Shown here: one piece after another, positions 1-11,942 of the stretch
Position numbering within the stretch: the stretch's first letter is position 1
Layout: every line of letters begins with the position of its first letter
Origin: Hyphochytrium catenoides
Taxonomy: Eukaryota; Protista; Hyphochytriomycota
Direction of reading: 5' to 3'
Length of the DNA: 64,000 bases
Assembly: GCA_900088475.1 (NCBI GenBank)
Contig: FLMG01000904.1
Span: forward strand, 90,917-154,916
Program-made: the position numbers and the translations under genes
The notes under the pieces: model-generated
Told to the model about the DNA's origin: nothing
Databases searched by the model: none
Seen by the model: only the letters and a program-made list of their open reading frames with translations

Positions 1-35
1 TATCAAGTTTCCCTTCGTCTGGATTGTGCGACCAG

Positions 36-2550
36 ATGAAGAAGGCTGAAAATGAAGCTTCAGTCGTCGACCATCGAACCCTGATCTCCACTTCGGGGCA
101 AAGTCCTCCATTCAGACCAAGAAGGCGCCCAAGGAGATCCTTGTCTGAGCTGCGGGACCCAGCAAACGCCATGGAGCCTGCTGCAGCTGCCGTTAAACGT
201 CTGTCATTGGGAGGACAGCTTCGCCCGCCATATGTAGATATTGAAATCAGTCCCCCAGTCCGGATTGGGGAAGGGCTGAACGCCCACAACGTCTACACGA
301 TTACCGCCAAGAATACAGAGACTGATGCCACCGTAACAGCTTCTCGTAGGTTTTCGGACTTCGTCTGGCTGCACTCATATGTAGGAGAACATCTCAAGTT
401 TCCAGGACGTTATCACTAGCCTCATTTGCCGCACTCCACATCTCCTCTCTCAACAGCTGTCAAAGAATGGGCCTGGATATATTATTCCTCCTCTACCTGA
501 TAGGCATTCTGGACCTCTACCTGATGCAGAGTTTCTTGCACGGTAGGTCATTCACCAGAGCCTTCTCTGTCGTGCTGGGCGTGCATCTGATCAATGAGAA
601 CATCGGAAGCTGATACTTACTGTGCCTCTCTGGGGTGGTATAGGCGGCGAGAGGGACTCATAGCATTTGCTGGGCGCTTGATGGCGCACACGGTTCTCAG
701 AGAGAGTGAAGCTGTGAGGCACTTCTTTGAGGATGATGCAGCTGCTTTCGCAGAGTAAGTGAACTTGACGTTTGATAGAATAGACGCCATTCCTCGCCCT
801 CTTTGCTTCCTAACTCTTCAGTTTTTTGGGCCCAGGATCAAGCAACAGACTAAAGAAAAGCTGACAACAGAAGGGGTCAAAGCCGCGGGATCCACCTGGT
901 GGGGCAAAACTGTGCAGAGACTCGTAGAAAACGACACGGTGAGGAGGAAATGAACACTCAACGGCTCTTAAGACTATCAATTATCTTAGCGCTACCGCCC
1001 TACCTGCATATCATCTAAAGGTGAAAGCTGTGGCAGCAAAAGCTGGCAAAGATTATCAGATAGAAAAGTCGACCGCCGATGTTGAGTTCAGCAAATGCCT
1101 GGCCTACGTGGATCAACTCATCAACCAGATGAAGGCTTTGCATGGGCGCGCCTTTAACCTACAAAAGGCCTGCCTAGCAGCCAGCGCTGGGTGGACCGAA
1201 GTAGCAGCATCGTTGGCGTGGCTTCAACAGCTGGAGACCCAGAATGTAAGGAGTTTCCCCGCCATTTATATGCTTTCACTCATCTTCGGGCTGCAGGAGG
1301 ATATGCGGGATGTGAAGATCAACGGAATTGAACCGTACTTGCTTGCTAAGGCAAGAGTCAGTGAAAGAGAAATCAAGGGCTTCAGCGATGCCGTAAGTGG
1401 TCCCACCACGCTTCAATCTCAAGCTGCATGGCTCGCGCTGACTCTGAATCTTTCCAATCTCCATATCTCTCACAGCTGGGCGAGTACATTCGCTATCTGG
1501 GGGCTGTCAAAGACTGTCTTCTGGTGCGTGAGGATCGTAGGTAAACCATCTCTTCTCTCACACCTTAAGGCGTCATATTTTGACAGTGTTCTCTCAATTT
1601 TGCAGATTCCTTTTCCAGTCGTCTCTATCGAATCTAGAGAGGCTAGAGAGCTCCGGCAAGGTTGGAGAGGCCGCCGTCGCATCCGATCGTGCCCAAACGC
1701 TAAAGAACGAGTATGATATGGTATGACTTACCTATCGCAGACAGTCCATCGCCCATTCTTCCCTAACATATCTACGTTAACCCTCTTGCCGCACCTTTGG
1801 TTCAAGATCCACAAGCGAGTGATGAATGAGTTTATAGCTTTCCTGAAGGAGAAGCCCGCAGAGATACGTGGGATCATTTTGGACTTTGCAAAGCTTCAGC
1901 TAGAACTAGAGTCAGAGCTGGCTTTTGGGCGGAACTCTATGCTGTCTAACCTGAACTGTGAGTATATCGTTGTACCTCTGCTCCTTTCCACACTTTCCTT
2001 TTGCGGCCCTTGACGCCATGTTGTCGAGTTGTCAGGGTTATCGCTCCAAAAGGGTGACCTTTCCTCTACCTGTCCATAACTTCTATGTCCAGATACTACC
2101 CAAGGAGCGGAAGGCGGTACAGCAACAGCCATAGCTGCCATTCCAGCTGCTCGCCCAGAACCTCCGTTCAAGTCAAGCGGAAACCTGAACCCTTTCGCCG
2201 TTGGCACTAATCCTTCTGCCCCCAAGCAGGAGCAGGACAAAAAGTCTTCAAACTTAGTGCCGCCTACCCAGACGGCCATAGCTAGCTCCATTCCCCAGCG
2301 GGGCTCCAACCAGGCTGACAATTTAGCAGGGACTAACCCCTTCGTTGGCGCTGTGGAAGCTGCCCCAGCCGTAGCTGTGGGGATTACACCTACAGATTCG
2401 ACAAGGGAAATGCTGCAGATGCTTCCTGAAGCCATGCTTGTGTCCTCAGCAGATAGCAGTCGTGGTCAGCATCAGATGACAAGGCCATCAGCACCTCCCC
2501 CATCAGAGCGCGGGAATAAGGAAGGCCCTTACTCAGAAGTAGCTCTATAA
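36..2550 (+). CDS. PX-BAR sorting nexin (SNX1/2/Vps5-like), multi-exon
   Basis: Spliced PX domain (HNVYTITAK...RRFSDFVWLHSY|LSKNGPGYIIPPLPDR...RRRGL), then a helical BAR-like region (EYIRYLGAVKDCLLVREDRR...RVMNEFIAFLKEK) and a low-complexity tail with NPF motifs. GT-AG introns keep the frame. The true start could lie upstream of the window. Confidence 0.85.
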
Positions 2551-3448
2551 AAATGTACGGTTATTCAACTCCCACTTCGCAGGTTTCCTCTTAACTATGG
2601 TTCAGAACTATGATAGACTCTTCGAGCTAAAGGCTCTTGGGAGGTGGTTCGATGCGGAACTCTCTAGTGGCATCTAAAGTACCCGCTGTTCCCATCAACA
2701 TAACCGCTGGAAGGCTCATATTACCTGTCGGCCCTTTGTCTTTATCCATAGCTGCTGTTATAGCAACAGTTCAAATGTACCATGGCGGTTGGGCGGTCGT
2801 GACGTGTGCAGACGGTGGTCTAGCCCCGGTGGCTACCTAGAAGAACGCTGAAAGCCTCAGAATCCCTCCCTAAGATCGACTTCCCTTCCCGAGGAGAACG
2901 CTGAAACCCTCAGACACTCTGCATTGCCGCTTGACCTCGAGAAGCTGGCCGCTTAAGAATTGCCCAGCAGCCCGAACTCCCTATAGAGAGGATATTGAGG
3001 CCTTCCTGGTGCTTGTTGCTTTGCACTCGAGTCACTGCCGTCATCAGGCTTTGGTCGGCCGTGGCCGTTCACCCAAAGCTTCAACCACCGGATATAGCCG
3101 CTAACAGTCTGATTGAGGGTGATAGATGCAGATGGAGATTCTCATAATTCAGAGAGAAGCTTACATGCTCCATCATCTCCACATCGTCTAAACGCTAGTG
3201 ATCTCTCGACATAGCTCACCACCTCATCACTACGGCTTCCTCCTCTCAACACATCCAGACGTAACTACTCTCCAGGCGCTCCAACGTTGGGGAGCTTCGG
3301 AGGATCAACGGATGTCCATTAAACACCAGTCTTCTTGCAAACCTTGTCCTAGAGAACCAAGAGGCAGACTATCTTCAACTGAACTGTCGAGTGGGTCGCC
3401 TCCTAAAGCTAGCTGGTGCTTTCCCAGAAAAGGATAAATCTCTTCGCT

Positions 3449-5326
3449 ATGGCCAATCGCCGTAACAATCATCGAGGATATCAGGGGAATAGACGGCGCT
3501 CTGGACACCACGATGGCAATCAAGGAGGCGGAAGAGGAGGATTCGGTGGCAGCGGAAGCTATGGAACTGGCGGAGGATCGTCAGGGTACCAGGATTCCAA
3601 AGGCCTCTTCGGCTCGGGAACTCAGAAAAGCGGTGGTGGCCAAAGTAGCGTTGGGAGCTGGGGGTCTAACGACAGTTCTAAGAGCCGAGTTTGTGAGCAT
3701 TTCCTTCAAGGTCGGTGCAGGTTTGGAAATAACTGCAGATTTTCTCATGACTCGCGAGCACAAGGCAGCAGAGAGAACCAGAACGTAAACAATAGCNNNN
3801 NNNNNNNNNNNNNNNNNNNNNNNNNNNNNNNNNNNNNNNNCGTCTCCATTTGGAGCTTCTTCATCAGGCACTGGACTGGGTGCCACGGCCTCTCCCTTTG
3901 GAGCTCCGTCCTCGGGTGCGGGAGGTAGTCCTTTTGGCGTGGCCAGCGGCAACTCCTCGTCCTATGGCTCCTCCACTTCATCGGCCTTTGGAAGTCAGAG
4001 CAGCGGTCACAATCCTTTTGGTGGCGGCTCTTCTTCCTCGGCTTTTGGAAACCAGGGCAGCGGTAACAATGCTTTCGGCTCCACCTCTCATTCCTTCGGC
4101 TCGTCTCCATTTGGTGCTGCGCCTACTGCAGCGCAAGCTTCTTCAGGTACATCTGCCTCGAACCCGTTTGGGTCTGGCGCTGGTGCACAGGCCTCCTTTG
4201 GACAAGCTTCGTCGTCACCCCTCAAAACTGACTCTGCGGCTCCGTTCGGGGTGACATCGGCATCACCTTTTGGTTCTTCACAGGCATCCAGCCCATCTCC
4301 GTTTGGAAGTGGAGCGCCTGCTGCTGCTGCTCCGCCATTTGGAATGGCGGCGACCAACAATCCCGCGCCATTTGGATCTTCGCAGCAAGCACCGTTCAGC
4401 AACACACAAAACCATTCATCCTCTCCTTTCGGTAATACGAGCCAGACCTCCAGTAACTTTGGCAGCTCAGGCACTAGCGGGAACCCCTTTGGTACCAGTG
4501 CGCCATCAACTTCTCCCTTTGGAGCTGCATCAGCATCGGGTGCTCCTACAAATGGATCCGGTAAATTTGCTGCAGCTGCGCCTGCCGCTGCAAGTGGCTT
4601 TGGTAGCATTTCAACAGCTTCGCCGTTTGGTACTACTGCCATAGGTGGAGGCCCTTTTGGGTCCGCAGTCAGCCCCGGTAAGACAAGTCAATCTTTCTTC
4701 TATGTCTCTTGCTGTCTGTATCGTCTCTCTCGTTTGTTCTAGCTTCAACGCATCCACGCATAATCAGGTGTCGCACTTGTGTTTTTTTTTCATCTCCTTT
4801 GCTGTCCGGTCTCTACGGGTGGAATGCCTTCATGGTCCTTCTTGAAGCGGACGAGACTAGGAGGAGATTGGTCTACTTCACTGACCAACTTTATTAGGCA
4901 CTTCAGGGGCGAAAGCTAGCGGTATGTCTATGCAAACAAAGGACTCCAGCATAGCAATGCAAGGACTTGGGTCATCATCAGTCGGAAACTTTAACAAAGG
5001 TACGGACACCTATCGAACCTTCATAGCCTCCGCGCCTTGCTCATACATCTTTTACGTCTCTCTGTCTTTCTTTCGAATGGCATGGTACAGTAGCCACTCC
5101 GACTCTAATGGCAAGCGCCCCATCTACCACGTCAAACAAAGGTAAGGTTTGGTTTCAAGATGTCATTGACATTGAACTGAATCTGATTCTAACTGCGAGT
5201 GCTTTAGCTCCAAGCACTGCTTCCTCCTTCAGCTATAGCGAGAATTGGGTTGAGGAAGCTTACGCTGCTCCTCGCTTTGAGTATGGACGTATACCAGATG
5301 TTCCTCCACCGCTTGAGCTATGTTAG
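3449..5326 (+). CDS. NUP42: FG-repeat nucleoporin NUP42/CG1 (NUPL2)-like with CCCH zinc finger
   Basis: CCCH finger (CEHFLQGRCRFGNNCRFSH), many SPFG/NPFG/SAFG repeats (3841-4680), and a C-terminal FEYGRIPDVPPPLELC* resembling the Gle1-binding tail of CG1/Nup42. Spans the N-gap at 3797-3840. Confidence 0.8.
3797..3840. other. Assembly gap (N run)
   Basis: Run of N inside the nucleoporin gene. Confidence 1.
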
Positions 5327-6242
5327 AAAAGTGGACGTGTCTTTTCTTTCCATCTTGCATCAAGAAAGCGTAACAATGGAGACGAGCGGCATAGGTTTAC
5401 CTCCCGTTGCGCTCACGCGGCCGGTACCTGTTGTTAAGCGCTGTTTGACGGAGCACTGAGTGACGGAGACACTTCAGGACAATTTAGGGACCATCTAACG
5501 TTAGGGCAATAAGGGTCCTTAGTAGGCGTCATCTTCCCCTCATCTTACACCTTTAGCATAGCTTGAGGTCCTCCTTTATTTATTGCAACAACTTGTCAGG
5601 TTAGATAAATCGATTGATTGTGTGCCCACCACGAAGTCAATGTGAAGTCTGGCCTCATCTGTAGGTCCTGCACAGCATGCAGCGCAGCCAAACTCTAGAC
5701 TCCCTTGGACCGTCTTGCTACGCCCTGACGAGTGACATCACCTATGGCATCCTCTCTACCTGAAGCCTTCCTCCTCCTTCCGCGTGTGATGAGAGTGGAA
5801 GAAGGCATCGGACCTCAACATCAACTGACAGCTGGTCCTGGGGGTACTCTGGTAGGCTTGTGTTAGCATTCTGATGGTATGGGAGGGGCCAGAGTGGCAG
5901 CAGCAGCTTTTGATCGAACACCTGCCGCAAGACAGACAGCAACCTACTAGGGACCGTGGCCTCAAAGCTAAAGAGAGGCAAAGCAGCAGTCGAAGAGCAA
6001 GCAGCAGAGCTTCTTACTTCCTTGGCGCTGCCAATCAGCCCATAAGGACGAGAGGAAAACTAATGCTGTGGTTGAACAATGAGAACAGCGCTATCGAGGT
6101 AGCGCGTCACCTCAAAAGGCTGTCGTAGAGATAAGGTGAAGACTAGAGCTCTCTTTACAAGGATTGTGAGCTTATCAAGAGTCTCTTCCTTGGGACGCGG
6201 ATTCTCAGGCAGCGAAGCGGGGTTGGGCAAAATCTCTCAGCC

Positions 6243-7438
6243 ATGGGAGGGTCAAAGAAGAAGCGTGGGGCCGCTTCCAGGGCTAAGAAGAAAACGTCAA
6301 AAGAGGGCAAGGATGCACAGTCTGCCATGCATGAAGGAGGACCATCTCCCTCAACAGTCTTCGCGCCCTCTCTCGCCTCATTTTTTCCTCGCAAAAGACA
6401 AATCGCTCAACGAGCCGCTGTCTTGGTTGAGGACAAGATACCTCCCACGGGAGAAGAGCCGAGTCCAAGCGACTACGAACCTTCTAGTGGAACAATATCT
6501 GCATCAGCCCAACAAGGAGCAGACGTAGTGGCTAGGGAAAAGTTCACCTTTGACTTCGCATTCGACGGTAAGAGGCTTTGCCTTCTATAAGCCTTGTGAC
6601 GGTCTAGACGCGCCTCTTCTATCATTATTCTCCTCTCAGTGGGTGTCTTCCACAGCTAGCTAGTCCTCGTTCTACACATGGACTCTTGAGCCCCCCTCCC
6701 CCCCACAAATTTACCGTGCCGCTCAATTTATAGTGCTACCTTGATTGCTTGAGCTCAGGCAACCTCACCCTAATGAGTCGTTCTGATCGGTCTCAACCTC
6801 CTATTGCTGGACTTTGGCTTGAGCTGACTGTACATTGCTCCTCCAAATGCTCATTCAATTATGTAGACGGCGGTGAAGAGGGTGTCGGACAAGAGATTCC
6901 TGTAGCTGGAGAGGAACAACTAAAGAGGGAAGTTGAGGAACCTAAAGAACAAAGTGCAGTCCACAATGACGGGCCCTCTTCAACCAGCAGGAAGAAACGG
7001 AACAGATCACGCAAGAAGGGGACGTCTCGTCTTCCTACCCCTGAAGAAGGGCAAAAGGATACAATAGACGATGCTGCTGCGTCCTTTCTCCGGAGCCTAT
7101 CTCTGTCTGTTAAGCCAAAGCAGGAGCTGCCGACAACAAAGGAACAAGTGGAGGAAAGTTCTGATGGTACCAAAGATGAGAAGATCACTTCATTAGTGAA
7201 TCCCAGTAACGCCAAGAAGAAAGCAAAGAAGAAGGTGAAGAAGGAGACGCAGAAGGAACTGGCTTCCCTAGGTGACACCAACTTTGTGAAACTAGTAGGC
7301 AAGCGACCGCCTAAAGTCAGCAGTGAAGTGGAGAGATTGCGCATGCGTTATCGCAAGCGGCGCCCAGAGACAGCAGAAGTCAATGAGCATGACGCCGGAA
7401 CGCCGGACTCCGCGTTTTCCTTCAACTTTGCGGTCTAG
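6243..7438 (+). CDS. Hypothetical Lys-rich, likely disordered protein (2 exons)
   Basis: Exon 6243-6568 (donor GTAAGA) joins in frame to exon ~6868-7438 (acceptor TGTAG). Contains basic NLS-like clusters and two FxFxF motifs. Confidence 0.65.
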
Positions 7439-8138
7439 TTACGTGGAGGATAGTGAGAGCGTTGAAGAGTCACCAATGGCAGAACTGTCAACCAGGTAGA
7501 GCGGAAGAGATTCCATGGCCATTTAGTCCCAAAACTACGTTTAGCAGCTATTTATTAAGATCTACAGCGCCAACATTACTTTATTCAACATGTTCCTCCT
7601 AGACTGTGGGCTGCGGTGCTGAGCGAAAGAAGGCAAGGCGATTGATAGAGGAGAGTGTATCAGTCTGTACTTACTAATAATTGGACGGATTATTCACCAG
7701 CTATCCTTGTGACTTGACTGACAGTCAGAGAGCCACAGTGGCCGGTGAGGCCGTGGAAGCAGATGGGGACGGAGAGTAGCAATCGAAAGCTAATAAGCTC
7801 CCTAGAAAGGACCACGGTCGGTGGTCTCGCTAATGGAGTTTGGGCAAACTATAGGAATAAATAGTAGTCCTGCCCTCAACCCTGAGGGTGGAGAATGCAG
7901 GAGGTAATAGCAGACAAGAAGGACCAGGCAGCTTGGTGGGACGCCTCGGTCCTTCTGGGGTAATGTTTCAGGTAAGAGTATCAGACAGACCAAAGAAAGG
8001 GTGCGACTACCGCGAGACTCATTGGGGACAGCATAGGATGAGAAGATAGAGAAGACGAAGAGGTGCAAGAGCTTTCACTAAACCCCGGGCAAAGATGAAG
8101 TCATATAGACTTTTGTGCCGTTGCGTCCGTCATACTCT

Positions 8139-10243
8139 TCAAAGGCCCAGGTGATCTGGCTGTTGTCGTTCCGCCTTTTCTGGTAGCAGCCCCATGTCCA
8201 CACCCCAGCCGTCACTAGTCCAGTTATCCGACTTATTTATCAGGGACAGGCATGGAGAGAAGCCAAAGCCACTTTCAACTGCCTCTGAGCTCTTAAGGTT
8301 CTTCGTATGAACCTTAAGCTTTTGTCCTTGCGTATCCCCTCTTGTGTCACTCCATTCCTTGCCACCCGAAGACCCTCCCTCTTGCCCCACCGCGCGTTGC
8401 TCGCCTGCGTTACTTGTGTGAGAATCGGTAGCAAAAGATGCGCTAGCTGCATTTGCTGAAGTGCCGGAAAAGTTGAAGAGTGGATCATTGGCCCAGTTGA
8501 GAGGACTAAGCGGCCATAGAGACATGTTGCCCTGCATACCGCTGAAACGAAAGTTTGCGCTAGGAGATGCCAGGGGAGAAAGGAGCATGGGGCTCAGAGC
8601 TAAGGGACTAAGACGCGGATTGCCAGGACTTGCAAATAGAGGAGACATTACAGCAGGCTCTGCCTTATCGAAGATGCTGTGAAGGCTGGTGTCAATTGTA
8701 ATCCCTTTCGCGCTCCCAATCGCCTTAAAGCCCCTCGGAGGTTTGGGTGCATTCAACTGCTGCAGCTTGACAGTCTGTTGCTGCAGCTGTGGCCGCTGTG
8801 GTTGGTTACCAGCAGATGACGCCTTCGTACCCGTCATTGAAAGCAATGGGTTTTGATAGGAAAAGGGTAACGCAGTTGAGGGTCGAGGATTCCTATTCGC
8901 GTTTATGCTAGAACTGATGGGGACAATGGACGCGGTTACCCCAGGGGTTTCTTGTTCAGCCTTAGTCTTTTTCCTGGGCTGAGTGCTAGTCTCCTTGCCA
9001 GCAGCCGCCGCTGCCCTGGAAGCTTCATATGTCTTGTATACTAAACTGGCAGGAATGGGATCACCATCACGCTTACCCCGTCCTTTACCACGCGATCTTG
9101 ACAAGCCCGGCTTACCGTTCTGCACCAAGCATCGATTGGCAAAGGAGTTCCAACGGTTCTTGACGGCATTTTCACTACGACCAGGTAGAGCCTGCGCAAT
9201 CTTACACCACTGATTGCCCAACTTTTGATGCTGTTCCAAAAGAACGCGCTCCTCCTCCTCGGTCCATTCGCCTTTGTTAACGTCAGGCGAAAGGTGGTTT
9301 ACCCACCTTTCCCTGCACTGTTTACCGGTCCTCCCAGGGACAAACTGGGCTAGTGTAGACCACTTCTTGGGACCATTGATCCGGACTAGCTCAATGACCA
9401 AGCCGTCTTCATCAGCAGTCCATGGACCTTTCTTATGCATTTTGCTAACGGTGCTAGCCCAACGCTTTTCACACTCTTCTGGGGTCACTTTCTGACAGTT
9501 TTGCCCAGACGTGACAAAATCTGCGACCGCACCCCAGTCGTTGCCGTTCTTAAGTACGGCATCGCGCAGTCGGCTGTCCTCAACATCTGTCCATGAACGT
9601 TCCTCACTTGATTGGGAGACTGCATGCTGCTCCCCTTTTCCTAAATTTGAAAACTTAGTACGCCATCAGACCGTCCTATAATTGTCTATGTCTTACCTAA
9701 GACCGGGACCTTCTTGAATAGGGTAGATGCCTGCATGGGAAGTTTCGTTTCAGCCTTTGCTCCCTTTTGTGGTGGCCGTGCGGGAAAGGTCTGGGCTGGG
9801 TTGTGGCCCTGTTGCCCCGATAGAAGCTTTGCAAAAGGCGACTTTCCCGTAGACTCCATCTCTGTCTTGGGAACAGCAGACGGTGGTCTATGTTCTTGCG
9901 CAGAATGACCAGTGAAATCCATCACTTCTTTGCCTCCAAGTTCATTGCTCTGCAAGCTCCCTCTAAAATCCCCACCCTCTGTCACGTCAGTATATAGTAA
10001 TTGTGGTCTGGAAGATTGGGCAGATTGCCGGGCGATAGTTTCGTTCATGATCCTTTTGCCTATTGCAAAAACATGCGCTGCTCTTAATATTTCTATAGTG
10101 ATTATATGTCCTTTAGGTGAGATGCTGACTCCTTACCTGCGACTTGATGTCCCGCTGGTGCTATTGAAGTGACCTCTAACAGTGTTAACCCCCAACAGGA
10201 CTAGTCATAGAACCTGGCTGACCTTGTCGCCAAAACCGGTCAT
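8139..10243 (-). CDS. R1R2R3 (3R) MYB transcription factor
   Basis: R2/R3 are canonical (KGPWTADED...GRTGKQCRERWVNHLSPDVNKGEWTEEEE...GRSENAVKNRWNS). A divergent R1 lies upstream (SWTDVEDSRLRDAV...DWGAVADFV...ECEKRW). The C-terminus is rich in SP sites. The 5' exons (MTGFGDK|VTSIAPAGHQVA|GKRIMNE) are inferred, so the start is uncertain. Confidence 0.88.
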
Positions 10244-11942
10244 ATAGGCGTCTTCCCGCAAGATACAGCCCTGAAAGATTGGAAGATGAGTCCAAATCTC
10301 ACCCCTTCGGCTGCCAACCAAAGTTGAGTTTCAGGGCTACTGGCATTGATCAGAGGGCATAGGTTGCTCGAGCTAACTCTACTGGTAGATTGACTGTTAT
10401 AGCTGAGAAGCTTCCGTTAAGCCAGACACAGAGGTCCCAGGCGGCACAGAACCAGACAGCTAACTGCAACGAGAGTGATCAAGATTTGGGGCAGGAGGAC
10501 GCGCGGCTCCATGTGCAAGCGGTCCCGCCCTCTCCCCTCTTCCTTGATTCCTTTCTCTCCTGTCTCTTCCTCTCGCTTTCCGGTTCTTCCCGGTTTTCCC
10601 TCGTCCTCTCTTATGCGTGGCGCAGCTTCTGTCCCCAGCCCTCATTGGCTTCCTTCCCCAAGCGCTACTCTTGACCTCTGCCTGGTGCAAGAGCCAGCAG
10701 GAGAGCATGAGGAAGGAGGCTCCCGGGCTCAGCAGCAGCCCTGACTCTCAGAGCCGTGGACTGGCCTTGCCCCTTCATTGAGGCGGAAAGTAGATGACGC
10801 TTCATGGCAGACTCACCCATCCACCTAACAAACCCAGTCATCGTTTACGAAAGGGCATCTATAGTTTTACACCTCAGTTGGGATCAAACACAGACGAGAG
10901 GGCAGGTTGAGGTTCATGTGGGTTTGTTTGAGCAGTGGAGGGCTGGCAGTAATAATATCTATCCTGCCTCTGTCTAGATGTATGGTATCTCGCATTACAG
11001 TAAACAGAAGCTTGTGACCAGCCAGAGGGCTTCTGAAGGAGAAGGCCACGATTGCGGACTCTGGAAGCCACTTGTAACAGTTAGGACAATCAGCTTGTAG
11101 CAAGAGACTCCGTAAAGCTGGATATCATTGTTCTGCATAGTGAAGCTTGTTTTGGCATTATTCCGGATCATGTTTCGAGACAGGATGTGAAGCATCAAAG
11201 CATTGTTGCTAAAAGGGGCGGAGGCCCCGCGTCAGGGTAGAGGCGTTTGTCACATAAAAGCTCCGGTTGTATGGCATGACGAACGGACAGTAGGGGGGAG
11301 TACGCACCCCTGCTATGACGGAGACTCTTTCAGCACCTCCTCCATGTGTCCCTACAGAACCCTTCCAACGTTCCTGACAGGAATGTCCAAATCAGAGATT
11401 AGTAGTCCTTTGGCACCTCCCATTGGGGATACGGTGTGATGGAGGATGTCGAAGAAAGAAGGACGAAAGGGCATGATGGGGCTCTGTCACACAGAACAAG
11501 GCGAAACTGCCAAGAATGAGGAGAGAGGCAAATACTCTTCATCTCTTCTCGCTTGCTCTTTCTCTCTCTCTTCAGCCCATTATCCCTATGTCAAACACTC
11601 ATCTGTCTCGCTCGCATTGATCTCTCTTTCTCTCTACCATCAACTTTCCTTCCAGTTCTGACTCTCTCTCCCTTGTGTCTGCCTCTGCACTTGTACAGAA
11701 GAATGACATCGGAAAGGATCTGGAGGCATCGCATTGCCTTGATATCTCTGCTCGCACATTGCACAGATGCCCTCCGAGAAGTAGTTCCTGGTGCCTGATT
11801 GTCCGCACCCACCAGCAGCACCGTCTCAGTGTGGTTCCCTTTCCCTTTTATGGACTGTGGCACTTGTCACACTTTACCCATCTTTCCATGATGCTCCCTC
11901 GACTGCTTGTCTGGTGAGAGCTGTCTTATCCCTTGTACGCAG

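Noticed and set aside
2842-2914. 20-bp direct repeat AGAACGCTGAAA(G/C)CCTCAGA with a 33-bp spacer, superficially CRISPR-like
   Set aside because: Only two copies, no cas genes and a eukaryotic context; most likely a local duplication.
5930-6050. Armadillo-like peptide LLGTVASKLKRGKAAVEEQAAELLTSLAL
   Set aside because: A single short segment flanked by stops; too weak to call.
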